DNA of 63,690 nt, the filler included, from Lenisia limosa (lineage: Eukaryota; Protista; Breviatea): NCBI GenBank assembly GCA_001655205.1. It is 10 parts of 10 records of this genome, joined end to end, with 100 filler letters (N's around TTAATTAATTAA, not from the genome) between each part and the next. Parts side by side here need not be neighbours in the genome. Positions count along the whole stretch, not along the records: positions 37,362 to 41,042 come from LPNZ01010601.1; positions 41,143 to 59,040 come from LPNZ01008633.1; 8 more parts are not named here. The stretch is one strand, 5' to 3'. How positions within the stretch are numbered: position 1 is the first letter of the stretch; each line of letters starts with the position of its first letter. The translations under genes were made by a program, and so were the position numbers. A model generated the notes under the pieces. The model was given only the letters and a program-made list of their open reading frames with translations, searched no databases and was not told where the DNA came from. Positions 37,480 through 50,063 of the stretch are shown piece after piece.

Positions 37480-40400
37480 TTCCAGATTCTCAGCAACATA
37501 TCCAACCTCTTAGCCCAAGTTCCATGATGGTCTCATTATAATCCTGGACGATTTCTGCTACTTGCCTAAAAAGGTAAGTGCTACCACAAAAACTTCATCC
37601 TAAATACAATAAAAAGACTAAAAAATATCATAATTGAATCCCACCGGAAGAAATCTTCGGAGGAATCCGAGACAATAAGCAAAAGCGGGGTAATGGCTTC
37701 CAAAACTTTGAGGTCCGTGACGGGGGACTTAAGAATTCCCGCTGAAAAGGTCAGTACTTGCCTTATTTGGAAGGTAGTAACTTTCTATATTATTAGGACG
37801 GGGGGTTAAGAGCCTACATATGGAGGAGTGCATTTGGCGTCTTCTTGCCTCGTCTGAAAGGTCCAGTCTAAACTCGGGTTAACTTAATTAGGAATTGTTT
37901 CTTTAGCATACAGACACACACAAACACACACACACACATACACACACAGATAGACATACAATACACTGTTTTTACTATGACGATTCGACCCCCTCCAAAC
38001 AGGGGGTTATGAGCATATTGACCCCCCCCCCCCTCGCAAANNNNNNNNNNNNNNNNNNNNNNNNNNNNNNNNNNNNNNNNNNNNNNNNNNNNNNNNNNNN
38101 NNNNNNNNNNNNNNNNNNNNNNNNNNNNNNNNNNNNNNNNNNNNNNNNNNNNNNNNNNNNNNNNNNNNNNNNNNNNNNNNNNNNNNNNNNNNNNNNNNNN
38201 NNNNNNNNNNNNNNNNNNNNNNNNNNNNNNNNNNNNNNNNNNNNNNNNNNNNNNNNNNNNNNNNNNNNNNNNNNNNNNNNNNNNNNNNNNNNNNNNNNNN
38301 NNNNNNNNNNNNNNNNNNNNNNNNNNNNNNNNNNNNNNNNNNNNNNNNNNNNNNNNNNNNNNNNNNNNNNNNNNNTGTGCTTCACTTAGGTTCAAAAAAA
38401 GACTGAATTTCCCGATAAATCCTCGAAAACTATCGATATTTTACCGGTATTTTTCGAACCGAAGTGAAGGCCCTATGTATCGTACCCGTCGTATATTTTA
38501 GCGAAGTTCTCGTTGGAGGGAAGGAAGGTTTCAAGGTACTCCGAAGAGATTACCTCCTGGGAAGTAAAAGTAGTATGAAACAAAAAAAAAAAGCCCAAAA
38601 TCNNNNNNNNNNNNNNNNNNNNNNNNNNNNNNNNNNNNNNNNNNNNNNNNNNNNNNNNNNNNNNNNNNNNNNNNNNNNNNNNNNNNNNNNNNNNNNNNNN
38701 NNNNNNNNNNNNNNNNNNNNNNNNNNNNNNNNNNNNNNNNNNNNNNNNNNNNNNNNNNNNNNNNNNNNNNNNNNNNNNNNNNNNNNNNNNNNNATATCAT
38801 CGCATGTAGTATTATATAATACATCACCTACCCCGGCGGCGTGGACGGCTGAGACAGTGGCGGCCCACACAACGGACTCGGCCGCGGACGGTAACTTGTC
38901 CGGAACTTCCATAACGGGAAGAGGGTCCAGGTTCTATTGGTTGAGAGTAAGAAAAAGCATTAAATATCTGGGGATACAAGTAATCACATTATTGATGATA
39001 TGATATTGTTATCAATATCTTTAATAAACGTGATGGGTATAGTATAACAATTGCACTGATTCATCATCAACATTTATCATTTCTATGAATTCATTTCTAT
39101 CATCATCATTTCTATCAACGTTTCTATCATCGTTTCCATCATCAACATTTCTATCAACATTTCTGTTTCACTTCTTTCGAGCATTTCTGCCAAATTTCCT
39201 ACCCTCTTGCCCGAATACCTCTCCTCGGGTCTTGAGAATACCCTCAATGCCTCGATGTTGAATGANNNNNNNNNNNNNNNNNNNNNNNNNNNNNNNNNNN
39301 NNNNNNNNNNNNNNNNNNNNNNNNNNNNNNNNNNNNNNNNNNNNNNNNNNAACTCTGTTAGCAAGCAACACATGGCTGAAAATGAAATATCCAGTATTAT
39401 ACTTCTAATACCCATTTTTGGAAACCCTGAATCCAACTCACTTTGAGGCAAAGGTCAAAGTTATCCTGAGGGTCCAATCGCTCAATTAGCTAGGAATGTT
39501 TAAGATCTGCAAAAAAATAAATAGTTGGCCCAACCTAAACCATGTCAACTTTATACAACTCCACGACACTCTAACGCAACTATTCCCCACTCTAATTCAA
39601 GTTAACACCAATATTCTCATAACTACCCCCACCTTAACCAGGTCAATTCTCATACTGAAATCCGACAGCATCTGAGAGGCACTGACATAGGACTCGGGAT
39701 TATCCAAGCCTGGAGGGAGTGAAATTGACAATTGCTGTATTATCTGATATGAGGGAAAAAAAAAGCCCAAAATCGACTTTGTTGTTATAGAAATCCCCTT
39801 TACCCCCCACCTCTGCCGATGAAGTCAGCCAGCATAGCAGGTGTGAACTGTGCAAGGTCGGATCGTTTGCCCAAAACTAAAGAGTAAGAGTCGTTTATTG
39901 TTTAAGATAGCTACATGATAGATACATGTAATACATGTACATACTAGTATATCATTTGTTGTACATAAAAAGTTATTAACGTTTATTCAAAACTGCTCGA
40001 TCAGGTCGCAATGAATATCACTTTTGGAGGCATTTTCACAATTGTCAACTATCATTATCCACTCGTGTGATAATTAACCGAGAAGTTTCAGGGATAAATA
40101 TTATTATATATAGCAATGATAAATAAAAATAACGAGGCTGTCCACACAATCACGCTTATAAGAGATATTGGGTTATAGTATAATATTAATTCATCCAATC
40201 ATTTGCCTTACAACTCTGTACACACAGCTTTCTGCGTGCCTCCCAAGCATACGTAATATTATAAATCCCCCATATTATTATTATAAATCCCACTGTAATA
40301 GGCGAGTTTGGCGACGTCAGGCTTGACGTCTCGCAATCGCTGCAGAACCGCCTTAAGCCCCTAGATAAACCATCATCAGTTGAACTGAAAGTAATTACGA

Positions 40401-40960
40401 GTATAAATATCACTTGAAAATGAATGGCAATGCAAACCCTCCTGTTAGGAATAACACCTCCAATCACTACAAAATAATACTAATAAACCACAAGTCACCC
40501 CAGGATATCATATAAATTACCAAAACACGCTTTAAGACGCTTCCCCTAATGTGTATTTGTTCCCCTTGTCTTGTATTGAAACATATTTTATAAAAATTAA
40601 CATTAACAATATATTACCTTCAATAGGAGGTCCATGCCCCTCCCCGACCTCTTTGTTGCCATCAAGATGAATGTTGCGAAGGGCCATTTTCCTCACTTCC
40701 CTGCAGGGATTATTAGCAGATATCTGATATGATCAAGTCCAAAAGGGTTACTCAAATTTTGGACTCTCACGTATGCACTTATATTATCGAAGGGAAAGAA
40801 TAAATGGACAGCCTGAACTAACAAAAAAGCGCTCCAGCTATATTCGCCAATGAAATGCATCTACACCCAACTCCGGATCTTTGGTAAGCAGTGGGCAGGC
40901 TTACACAGCGTTCTCGGGTCAACTTCAGTAGAGGTCGTTGCAAGGGACACTTAATTCCCC
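37480..40960 (-). CDS. Fragment of an uncharacterised multi-exon gene, possibly LRR/helical-repeat
   Basis: GT-AG exons such as EVRKMALRNIHLDGNKEVGEG (LRR-like), GLKAVLQRLRDVKPDVAKLAYY, IIQQLSISLPPGLDNPESYVSASQMLSDF, EVISSEYLETFLPSNENFAKIYD and GILKSPVTDLKVLEAITPLLLIVSDSSEDFF. Confidence 0.4.
38377..38473. mobile_element. MITE family A, full length
   Basis: GTGCTTCACTTAGGTTCAAAAAAAGACTGAATTTCCCGATAAATCCTCG...TTCGAACCGAAGTGAAGGCCC-TA. Confidence 0.78.
39059..39170. repeat. Degenerate ~12-bp intronic repeat
   Basis: Recurring CATTTCTATCA(A/T)-like units. Confidence 0.6.
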
Positions 40961-41042
40961 TCACCTGCTGACAGCCCCCTCCCTCCCCCATCATCATCTT
41001 CTATTAAATAAAATGTTATACCCCCCAAATATCTAGATATAA

Positions 41043-41142
41043 NNNNNNNNNNNNNNNNNNNNNNNNNNNNNNNNNNNNNNNNNNNNTTAATTAATTAANN
41101 NNNNNNNNNNNNNNNNNNNNNNNNNNNNNNNNNNNNNNNNNN
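41043..41142. other. Artificial scaffold linker
   Basis: Same 100-bp linker. Confidence 0.95.
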
Positions 41143-41197
41143 GGGGGGGGGGGGTCACCATCCTATCCTTTTTTGTTTCAACAATAAAAGATTAATA

Positions 41198-41275
41198 CAG
41201 TGACCGGGATAGGTCTTGACCAATTTGCTATGTGATTTCCTAGGGAAAATATTTCAAGACTTACCCCGGTCACTG
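41198..41275. mobile_element. MITE family C, near full length
   Basis: TA-CAGTGACCGGGATAGGTCTTGACC...CAAGACTTACCCCGGTCACTG. Confidence 0.78.
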
Positions 41276-41342
41276 TTTATTTAAAAGCAAGAAAGGGATG
41301 AAAAATATTTTGTACACCATCCTATCAGGATAAACTCAACCT

Positions 41343-44300
41343 TCATCCAAGGGTAGACAGGGTAGACAACATCACAAAATCACAACAAGCCCCACCGTTC
41401 TGGGTGTGTCGTTGAGGAGACGGTCGCGCTGGCGGAGCTGTGCGCAGAACTGGCGTAGCCGCAGTATATACGTGACCTGAACTCACAGAGTGGGCTGAAC
41501 ATGACAATATCATCCCCGTACCGGGAGATGACTTAGCCGACGGAAGTTGCGACGACATGGTGTACGTTGGCGTACCAGCCCTGAGCGCGTTCAGGTCGGA
41601 CGTGGGCCGCAAGGAGAGCTGTGGTGCCGGCTGCGGAGTGATGAACGCGGACGCCCATGACGACCCTCCAACACTAGTTAGCCCGGCTCGGTTGAGGTCT
41701 TGATGGTGCGAGGCGGGGGTCTGGTGGTAAGATCGGATAACAAAACAGTAATAGTTTCAGCTCTCCTTGTCTACACAAACACACGATGAAAATGCCCCCC
41801 CCCCTCCTGCTCCCAATATAGCCAGTATTAAGCACCAAGGAGGCGAAGGACCCAACTCACCGGTCGCGGCGACGGCCGTATAAACGACATATCCGGCTCG
41901 GATGGCAGCTTGGGTGTTGGCGTTTGGCTGGGTGGCTATACTCGTGAGGTATTGGTGCGTGTCAGTCACAATGTCATATCAAAAGCCCTTCATCACGGTT
42001 CAGACCTGTGAAGAGGCAGGAAGATGGTGTGGAGGAGGAGGAACACGAGGGGGGAGCGAAGTGGGTGCACTGCTGAGTTTACGCTCAAACTCAACCATAT
42101 TGGAAGACGACATTGCTGTGAGGTTAGTAACCATAACAATAATTATCACATAGTATTGACATCATATACAATGAAGGAGTCATTGTCAGTCCAAAACAAT
42201 ATCCTAAGCTCCCCACCCGGGGCGACTGGCACAGCAGCGATGATGTCATCAAGTTGCTTGGAGGTTTGGTCAAGAGACTCTTTCAGACTCTGTAGCCGTA
42301 AGACTGTTCTTTAATGTACAAGAAAAGAAGAATATGAAATCTGACCGTAATGTCCATATCACCTATTCAATTAAAACCTATCAACCTTTGTTTTCACATA
42401 ATACTTCCGCCCGAGAGCCCACCTGTGAGATGGACTTCAGGCCTTTCGGGAGTGCCTCGTCTTTCGAGGGCAAAGTGTCAGAGAGGACCTGCAGTTGTGA
42501 TGTTGAGAGTATCAGAGTTTGTCGAGGTTTTACATTTTATGACTCACCGATGAAGTGGTCTGAAGTTTGCTTGATGTAGAAGTGATGACCGAACTGAGTT
42601 TGGCTGCGAGGGTGGAAATCGAAGACAGGCCCGTGAGAGCGGACTGGTGCAGGCTCAGCGCCTTGTCGTACCGCGACTGGGGATGGGGGGAGAGTAAAAT
42701 TTCAAAATTTAAGAAACAAAAGCCCAAGTCAACTCTTTTGGCTGACAACAGCAGCAAAATTAGATAGGGAATTAACGACACAGATACCAGATACCAGAGG
42801 AAATACTACTAATAAATAATAAAATATGGTGGCTGTGGTGGGTGTTTGCATTTAGCTATTTTTTCTCAGCAAATGACAACAGCATAATGGTTGGATGAAA
42901 CTTTGCGCCTCACCGTGGCGTCATTATCAGCATCTTTCATGGCCTCAGAAAGGTATTGCTCCACATCTGTTCCAAGAATAGTGCCTGGCTTCAGTCCACC
43001 TTTACAGTGACGTTTTGCAAAATAAAAGCCCACTGACGTAGCAGTTGAATGGGAATACATTATATACCAGCATTGGAATGGTATCAACGGCTTCTACCAG
43101 GTTCAGCGATAAATGATATTGATATCCAACATTTTCCAATTTTTATACATCATTACTTAAATTTTGCTACTCATTGGTGATAATAACTTTCTCTGAAATG
43201 GCGCTATGTACCCCCCCTACTTCCGCCTCTTTTCTTCGGTACATAAGCACGTCCGACATCCTTCAGTCGCTTCACCTGGATCTATAAATATGACCATGGC
43301 CTGCTGGTTAGCATCAAATTATATTATAATCAGGGCTTAATTTCGGTTCGAAAAAGACCGATAAAATATCGATAGTTTTCGAACCGAAGTGAAGTCCTAA
43401 TTATAATCCATTTAAAAAAGAACCTGTTAGGGAACAAAACTGTTCAGGATTCCTGACGCTTCCATTAATTAACTTAAAAGTGGGCATACCTCCTTTTCGA
43501 GATGAACCACGTTTTCCCTCAGCTCGTCCCTTTCAGTGGTTAAGGACGAAAGCTCTTCTCTGAGTTCCTCCTCTAAACTGTCAAATACAGCACACCGTCC
43601 ATCCTTGCCCAACAAATATCCAATAGAAAGCGAAGGCTCGGGGCTATTCTTCATACAACCCTTGTTTTTTGGCCAGCGAGATTGGCTTGTTGCTTAGTGT
43701 TATTCACCAACAAACCTTCTTCGATAGTTTTTTCGAGATCCCTGAAATGGATTGTTGTTGCCCGCATCAACGCGTTGGACTCCTCCTTCAGCGTCCTTTC
43801 GAGAAGGGCTATTCGGTCTATTGCGTGATGGAGCTGAAAAGAAGACGAGAAGGCAACACAAATGCCAGCAACGCACCCTGGGCTTCAATGGAGGCGTTCT
43901 TGACTGGGAGGGCGTAGAGCCAGGCGCGATGGCTCTCAATGTCGGAGAGTCTGTTGCTGAGTTCACTAGATGATGACGTGGCAGTCTCCAGTCGGGCCTG
44001 GAGGTCAGAGAGGTAACGGTCTTGGACAAGTCGTTTTGATTAACGGGTAGTTGTTTTACCGTGGGTAGAAAAGAAAACAGAGAAGATATGCCCCCCTCCC
44101 CTCCCAATTTCTCAGACCTTGAGAAATTCGTTGTCTAGCATGAGCATTTCGAAGTTGGATCTCAGAATGGACCTCTGGCTGTAAACCGGCTCCTCTGAAA
44201 CTAAAAATCGATCAATGATCGCCCTTCATGTTGCCAACCTTGATTGATAATAAGCGACTTTTTNNNNNNNNNNAAGGGTATAGAGCGAAATTCTCGATAA

Positions 44301-46923
44301 GCCCCGATAAATATTTCTATTTTCGGATGGGCCCTTATCACTGACCCAAGTGATAAAAGTGGTATTTTTATGAACAAAATTTTAAAATAAAAGGTTAATT
44401 ATTGTACAGACGTTTTTTTAAAGAGCCACCCCATTTTTAGACGGGCCCACCATCCCCTATCACTCTGGTCCAAACTACTATGCAAACCGAAGAGCGATGT
44501 TTTCACTGTCCAAGGTTGAGATGGTTTCGAGAAGATCCTGGGAGTTGACCAATCCAGTCTGCAGATCGGGCTCAACCTCGTCTCCGGACCCCTCCAGGAT
44601 AATCGGCTGCGGCATGGCGTTGGTCATCAGGTTCTTCAGACGGTCGACTTCCCTTCTCAGACGGACCACCTCCACCGCGGGGTCACAGATCTCATTGACT
44701 GTGGCGACAGTTGTCACCTTGGCCGCGCGGTCGGAGAAGCCTGAGGGGTGAACCAAAATCGGATGCAAGAGGCATCATAACTGAACATCATGGCCTAGGG
44801 TATGATTGTATTTGTAACAGGTTTATCTATTGTCAAAAGAGCTCACGGAGGGTTCTGAGGGTTTCCTGCCCGTTGTCAGTGGCTGGCGAGACAGTGGCGA
44901 TGAAGGTTGTTCGGGCGTTGCCTCCCAAACTAGAGGGTTGGTTTCGGCTCTCGTCATGCCCCAAAAGCCGGGTGTTCTCTTAGGACCCACCTGTCCTGGA
45001 GCAGCCTCGTCAGTTTACTGTCTCGATATGGGACATGCCGTCTATTGGCTTGGCACAACGCCGCAATGCAGTTTCCTAAGGGGTCAAGAGAAAGGGAACT
45101 GTCAAGGCGTCTGCATTTATCAGTACTGACACAGGTATAGGAGCCAAGGTGGAGCCTCACCAAGAGTTGAGAGACTTTGATTGATGGACGTCATCTCAGC
45201 AATTCGCTTCGAGTTCATGCGGGACTCTCTCACTTCAGGGTGAGATATAAAAATCGCACAGCTTGCGTAATAATGACACATTTTCAAAGTGCGAAAAAGA
45301 CAGTTTTAAGGCTTCCAAAATGACAACCAAAAATAAAATAAATCAGATTAACTGCTTCTCACCACTATTGAATTGTTTCTTCCACTTCTCGGATCCAGCA
45401 AGATCCACCAAATGGAGTTTTGACGAAACCACGGTACCATCTCGACGATGTTGGTCAATGCTCATCTGCAAAATGAAACAGGGCTCAGCATGAACTTGAA
45501 ATAATGTTGAAATAAAGCAAGGCACCCTCACCGTAAAGATAGTGTGGCTGCGACTCGATCTGACGTTCAGCTCTGTTGCCGAGAATACTCGGTGGTCTTC
45601 ACCCTGAACGTCAATTGGTAATACTCAAACCCAATTAAAATCAGCATTGAAGTTGGTAAATCCCCACGCACCTGTGCCAGCAAATGAAACACCGCATCGG
45701 GTGAACTGACTTCAACTTCTCGTGCTCCCTGGAGGATTAGACTTTTGCTTTGGAACTAGACAATATTCCGAGTAAGAATATCAGAGACGCGCACCTGAAC
45801 ATACACGCCACGGCGCTTGTCTTGGAAAATTTCCAGTCCCTTTTCCCGCCTGTCATCTGAGGGGTCAATCAAGACTTTGAGTCAAAGCCGTACCGGAAGG
45901 GCTCAGTAAATCGTAAAGTCGCTCCTGGTACAACTCAAGGTATGAGACGTAGATTCTCGTTGATTGACCGTCCTGTTTTAGTGAGATTACAACAGGTTAC
46001 AGGCCAAGTGAATACTCACTTTTCGCGCTGCTCTAGAGTTGAATATATCGACGACAGAGCGAGGGATGATTCCAGATCCGCTCGTGATCTAGGCAGTAAG
46101 AGAAAGTTATGATGTTACTCAGGTGTGAATACAATATATGTATGTATGTGCAGAATGAAGAGAGAAGACAAATGTGCAGAAGTGAGATGGTAACAGATGC
46201 GTTCTTGCCCCAAAGGAAATCACATAAGACACTCAAAATTGAAAGGTTCACCCCCATACAGTAGACATGGATCCAGAAGATATCTTCTCTTGTGATCGGA
46301 TTGTAAACGTCTTTCCAGTTCCTGTTTGACCACTGTGGAGTCAAAAATAAATTATAAAAGAAATAATATAAAAAATTACTAAATAGTTGCAAAATAGATG
46401 CAATCATATCATATCTTTGACCGAAAAAAAAAAAAAAAAAAAAANNNNNNNNNNNNNNNNNNNNNNNNNNNNNNNNNNNNNNNNNNNNNNNNNNNNNNNN
46501 NNNNNNNNNAACGGTGGCGTTGAAGCCCTCCAATGCAGCTTCAACGGACTTCTTCCGCACAGCAGCGTAAATTTCCTCCTGGCTGGTCTGAAGCGTGAGC
46601 GTTGAAAGAAGAGAGCAGTGTCACGGTTCAAACTTTCTGGCCCAAACCTCTGGTCCTAGAACGCCATTGAAAGAAAATGAAGCCAAGCCGCCGGCTGGTG
46701 TAGCAGCTGTTCCAAACACTGCATGGTCCAGGTTGAGCGACACTGTTTGCGGCTACATGGAATGAATATGGTTGGAGGGAACGGTCAAGACAAAAGATAT
46801 ATTCCAACCAACCCCAGTGATGGTCAAGACTTGCCGATTATGCTCATGAGGAAGAAGTGGTCTGACTCTCACCAGCACCTCAACTTTCTCCCCAGAGGAT
46901 GTCTCCCCTGGAAGAGGGATCAT
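41343..46923 (-). CDS. Kinesin with N-terminal motor domain, coiled coil and long tail
   Basis: [43 protein letters not shown] (P-loop), [68 protein letters not shown], then coiled-coil exons. The motor is certain; the 3' extent to about 41.3 kb is less certain. Confidence 0.9.
43333..43397. mobile_element. MITE family A, internally deleted (65 bp)
   Basis: Both TIRs present with a shortened core; in a kinesin intron. Confidence 0.72.
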
Positions 46924-47280
46924 GAGAGCAATGGAGGAATGTGTTTGACGGTTTGCTTTTAACTTTTGAATTTTCCCATTTCTAAAGTATATAATCTTAT
47001 ATTATGAACTGTTCACTGGTTCACTGAGTATTTAAGAATAAGGAGAGAGAGAGGAGGTCAAGGAGGTTGAGTTTGACGAAAACAAAAATGTACGAAATTA
47101 CTATGATGATTTTAGAAGTACCCGGAATTATTTAAATATGGAAATTTTTCTGCCAACTTTTTAACCTTTATTACCTTTAGTAAGAGGTTGTATGTGTGGT
47201 GATTCTATGAATGATACGAAAACTGCTTTTAATAGTTCACCTGGCTTCATTTTATTTCTTTAACCAATTCAGTTGTAACA

Positions 47281-49843
47281 ATGGTGCACTTTACTGAAGC
47301 TGAGATGGCGGAGTTCCGCATGACCTTCCAGGAGTTCGATGCTGACGGTTCTGGAGAGATTGACTCCGATGAACTTGTTTGTTTGCCATTTTGCATTTCA
47401 TTTTGACATTATAGGCCTCTGTCATGAAGAAACTTGGCGAGAAGGTCACCCCTGAGGCCATGAAGAACATGATTAAGGAAGTCGATACTGACGGCAACGG
47501 AACCGTTTCTTTCACTGAGTTCATTGATGTAAGTGGATTTATGAGGACATATTGCTCTTTTCGGAGGAAAAACGTATTCCCGCAATTTAGATTACTCACT
47601 TTTTTTTAGATGATCCAAGCTATCCGCGAGGGAAAGACCTCTGGATTCTCTGAGATCTATACCAAGGTATGATATTGATGGGGCGTTTTCTTCTCACATT
47701 CTTTAGCATGTCAAGCTCAACATGATTGCTGGCTCTTCTGAGGGTACCCAGCACTCTTTCGCTGACGAAGAGAAAATTTCTTTCGTCGATCACATCAACT
47801 CTGTCCTTCAAGACGTTTGTTTCTCCATTCCCCCCTATTTCTCTAACTTGCTAGGATCCTTTCCTTACTAAGGAAGGCATCATCCCCATTGACCCCGAGA
47901 GCATGAAGTTCTTCGATTCCGTTCAGAACGGTGTTCTTCTTTGCAAACTTATCAACTGGGCCGTCCCCGGAACCATCGATGAGCGCGCTATCAACACCAA
48001 GGGAAAGCTTAACATCTACAAGATGACTGAGAACCAAAACCTTGGTATGCAGAGTTGGATAGGGTCATATTTCCTTCTTTTTAGTTTTGATTCAAGCTTA
48101 CACCCACAGTTCTCAACTCCGCTAAGGCCATTGGTTGCAATGTTATCAATGTTGGTGCTCAAGATCTCATTGGTGAGTTGGGGGGGGGGGGGAGTGAGAG
48201 GGNNNNNNNNNNNNNNNNNNNNNNNNNNNNNNNNNNNNNNNNNNNNNNNNNNNNNNNNNNNNNNNNNNNNNNNNNNNNNNNNNGAGCCATCCACCTTGTT
48301 CTTGCCCTTGTCTGGCAGATTGTCAAGATTGGTATCACTGCCTCTGTTAACCTCAAGTCCAACCCCCATCTCGTTGCACTCCTCCATGATGGAGAGTCTC
48401 TTACCGACTTCATGAAGCTCTCACCCGAAGACGTAAGCGGACTCAAGATGTTTTTCACCTCACCTCACCCCACTACCACATTGTTTTCCTTTACCTTTCA
48501 GATCCTCCTCCGCTGGATGAACTTCCACCTCAACAACAGTGACTACTCCGGCAAGGAGATCAGCAACTTCGGCCCTGACATCAAGGACTCTATTGCCTAC
48601 ACCTACCTCCTCAACGAGATTGCCCCCAAGGTGCGTTTTTCTCATGCTTCATACTTATCCCCCTTACCGTTTAGAACAAGCACGTCACTCTTGGCCCCCT
48701 CTCTGAGTCTAACGTTGCTGACCGTGCCGAGTCCATGCTCTGTGAAGCGGACAAGCTCAACTGCCGCAAGTTCGTCCGCGCTAACGACGTCGTCAAGGGA
48801 CAGCGCAAGCTTAACCTTGCCTACGTTGCTAACCTCTTCAACAACTACCCCGCTCTTGCTCCCCCCCCTGAAGAAATTGAAGGCCTTGACGAGCTCTTCG
48901 ACAATGAAGAAGACTCCCGTGAAGAGCGCGCCTTCCGCATGTGGATCAACTCTCTTGGTGTCGACCCTGAGGTTTCCAACATCTTCGACGATCTCCAGGA
49001 CGGTCTTATCCTCCTCCAGCTCATCGACAAGGTTGGCCATTCCCTACTCTTGTTGCACATCTTCACTTCTCACTCTCCAGGTCAAGCCCGGCATCGTTGT
49101 CTGGAGCCGTGTGAACAAGAAGCCCAACAACAAGTTCAAGAAGCTCGAGAACTGCCAATACGCCGTGAGCTCCCCTCTCCTTCATCGCTTTTTACTCTAC
49201 AAACCAACCTTCTTTAACGTTTCAGCTTGAGCTCGCTAAGGACCTCCGTGTCAAGCTCATCGGTATCGGCCCCGAGGACATTGTTTCCGCTAACAAGAAG
49301 CTCATCCTTGCCGTTGTCTGGCAGCTCATGCGCATTTACACTATCAACCTTAGTAGGCTCACTGCCATTTCGTCTTTGCTGTTGTGTGCCAGTGCTTACC
49401 ATTTTAGTCCAGTCTTTGTCTACTGATGGCAAGCCCGTTACCGACTCCACCATCCTCACTTGGGCCAACAACACCGTCCAGGCTGCCGGTAGGAGAGCCT
49501 GCACAAGTTCATTGATAGCATTGATAGCTTTACCACGAGCAAATGACAACTAACATCTCTAGGCAAGTCTTCCTCGATTGCCAACTTCAAGGACAAGTCC
49601 CTCAGCAACTGCGTCTTCCTCCTCGATCTCCTCGACTCCTGCCAACCCGGCTGCGTCGACTACGATGTCGTCTACGAGGGTGCCAACGATGATGAGCTCC
49701 GCGATAACGCTCGTTATGCTCTTTCTCTGGCTCGTAAGATCGGTATCTCCGTCTTCGCCCTCTGGGAGGACCTTGTCGAGGTCAAGCAGAAGATGATTAC
49801 CATCACCATTGCTGCTATCATGTCCGTCTACGGCCGTTGTTAG
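47281..49843 (+). CDS. Fimbrin/plastin (2 EF-hands + 4 CH domains), complete apart from a gap
   Basis: [131 protein letters not shown], ending TAG at 49843. Confidence 0.96.
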
Positions 49844-50063
49844 GTTCTTTGATTAGGATGTGTATTGGGTTGTTAATTAGGGGGTATTTATTTATGTCTC
49901 GGGTTTATTCAAGGCCTCTTTCAACAACTCATTCCCCTCATTCCCTTTTCCCCAATAATGGTGACAACGCAATAGTGATGATTTGAGATCAAAGATCACG
50001 TCCTTTATCAGCAAATTTTTTTGAATTCAGTTTCTTTTAATATATTTATTTATAGTAGTCAAA